Source of the DNA: Eledone cirrhosa
Taxonomy: Eukaryota
Assembly: GCA_964016885.1 (NCBI GenBank)
Contig: OZ024743.1
Location: 247,690,001-247,754,000, forward strand
Length of the DNA: 64,000 bases
Reading direction: 5' to 3'
The position numbers and the translations under genes were made by a program. Each line of letters begins with the position of its first letter. The first letter of the stretch is position 1. Under the pieces are notes generated by a model, which ran no database searches, was not told the origin of the DNA, and saw only the letters and a program-made list of their open reading frames with translations. Positions 63,601-64,000 of this stretch are shown here, piece after piece.

Positions 63601-64000
63601 TACTGTGTGGGCTGGGTGCTTTTTGTCATAACACTTACCACAAACAATTTACAGTGTGGGCTGGGTGTTTTTTGTCATAACACTTACCACAACCAATTTA
63701 CAGTGTGGGCTGGGTGCATTTTGTCATAACACTTACCACAACCAATTTACAGTGTGGGCTGGGTTTTTTTTTGTCATAACACTTACCACAACCAATTTAC
63801 AGTGTGGGCTGGGTGCTTTTTGTCATAACACTTACCACAACCAATTTACAGTGTGGGCTGGGTGCTTTTTGTCATAACACTTACCACAACCAATTTTACA
63901 GTGTGGGCCGGGTGCTTTTTTGTCATAACACTTACCACAACCAATTTACAGTGTGGGCTGGGTGCTTTTTGTCATAACACTTACCACAACCAATTTACAG
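60656..64000. repeat. 48/49-bp satellite, ~70 units, runs off the window
   Basis: ttacagtgtgggctgggtgttttttgtcatgacacctacacaaacatc and variants. Confidence 0.96.

Noticed and set aside
60604-64000. Long ORFs (up to 505 aa) with 16-aa Cys/His repeats
   Set aside because: By-product of a 48-bp unit divisible by three; open in several frames on both strands; derived from a retroelement UTR

Overview
Repeat-saturated, AT-rich eukaryotic DNA with no recognisable host gene. The SINE and LINE-tail sequences resemble cephalopod (Octopus-like) repeats; this is recalled, not searched. Decayed retroelements include two or three RTE LINE families whose ORF carries a PHD-like Cys4-His-Cys3 finger after the RT YADD motif, BovB-like RTE, CR1/L2-like, Ingi-like, CRE-like and R4-like fragments, Penelope-like elements (one with a 601-aa RT+GIY-YIG ORF) and a solo LTR. 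DNA transposons include a Charlie/Buster-type hAT with an 8-bp TSD and several MITEs. There are also tRNA/CORE/Meta SINEs and many satellites. The most striking unannotated signal is about a dozen type I hammerhead-ribozyme motifs. Three lie in unrelated short non-coding elements sharing one layout (short inverted 5' flip, partial tandem of a 330-550 bp unit, end in a (TA)n tract), i.e. candidate Penelope-mobilised retrozymes. Other notable structures are a ~7 kb polarised telomere-like hexamer array, an array of long fold-back units, a 208-bp-arm palindrome, and a 48-bp satellite grown from a LINE/SINE 3' module with a 672-bp higher-order repeat.
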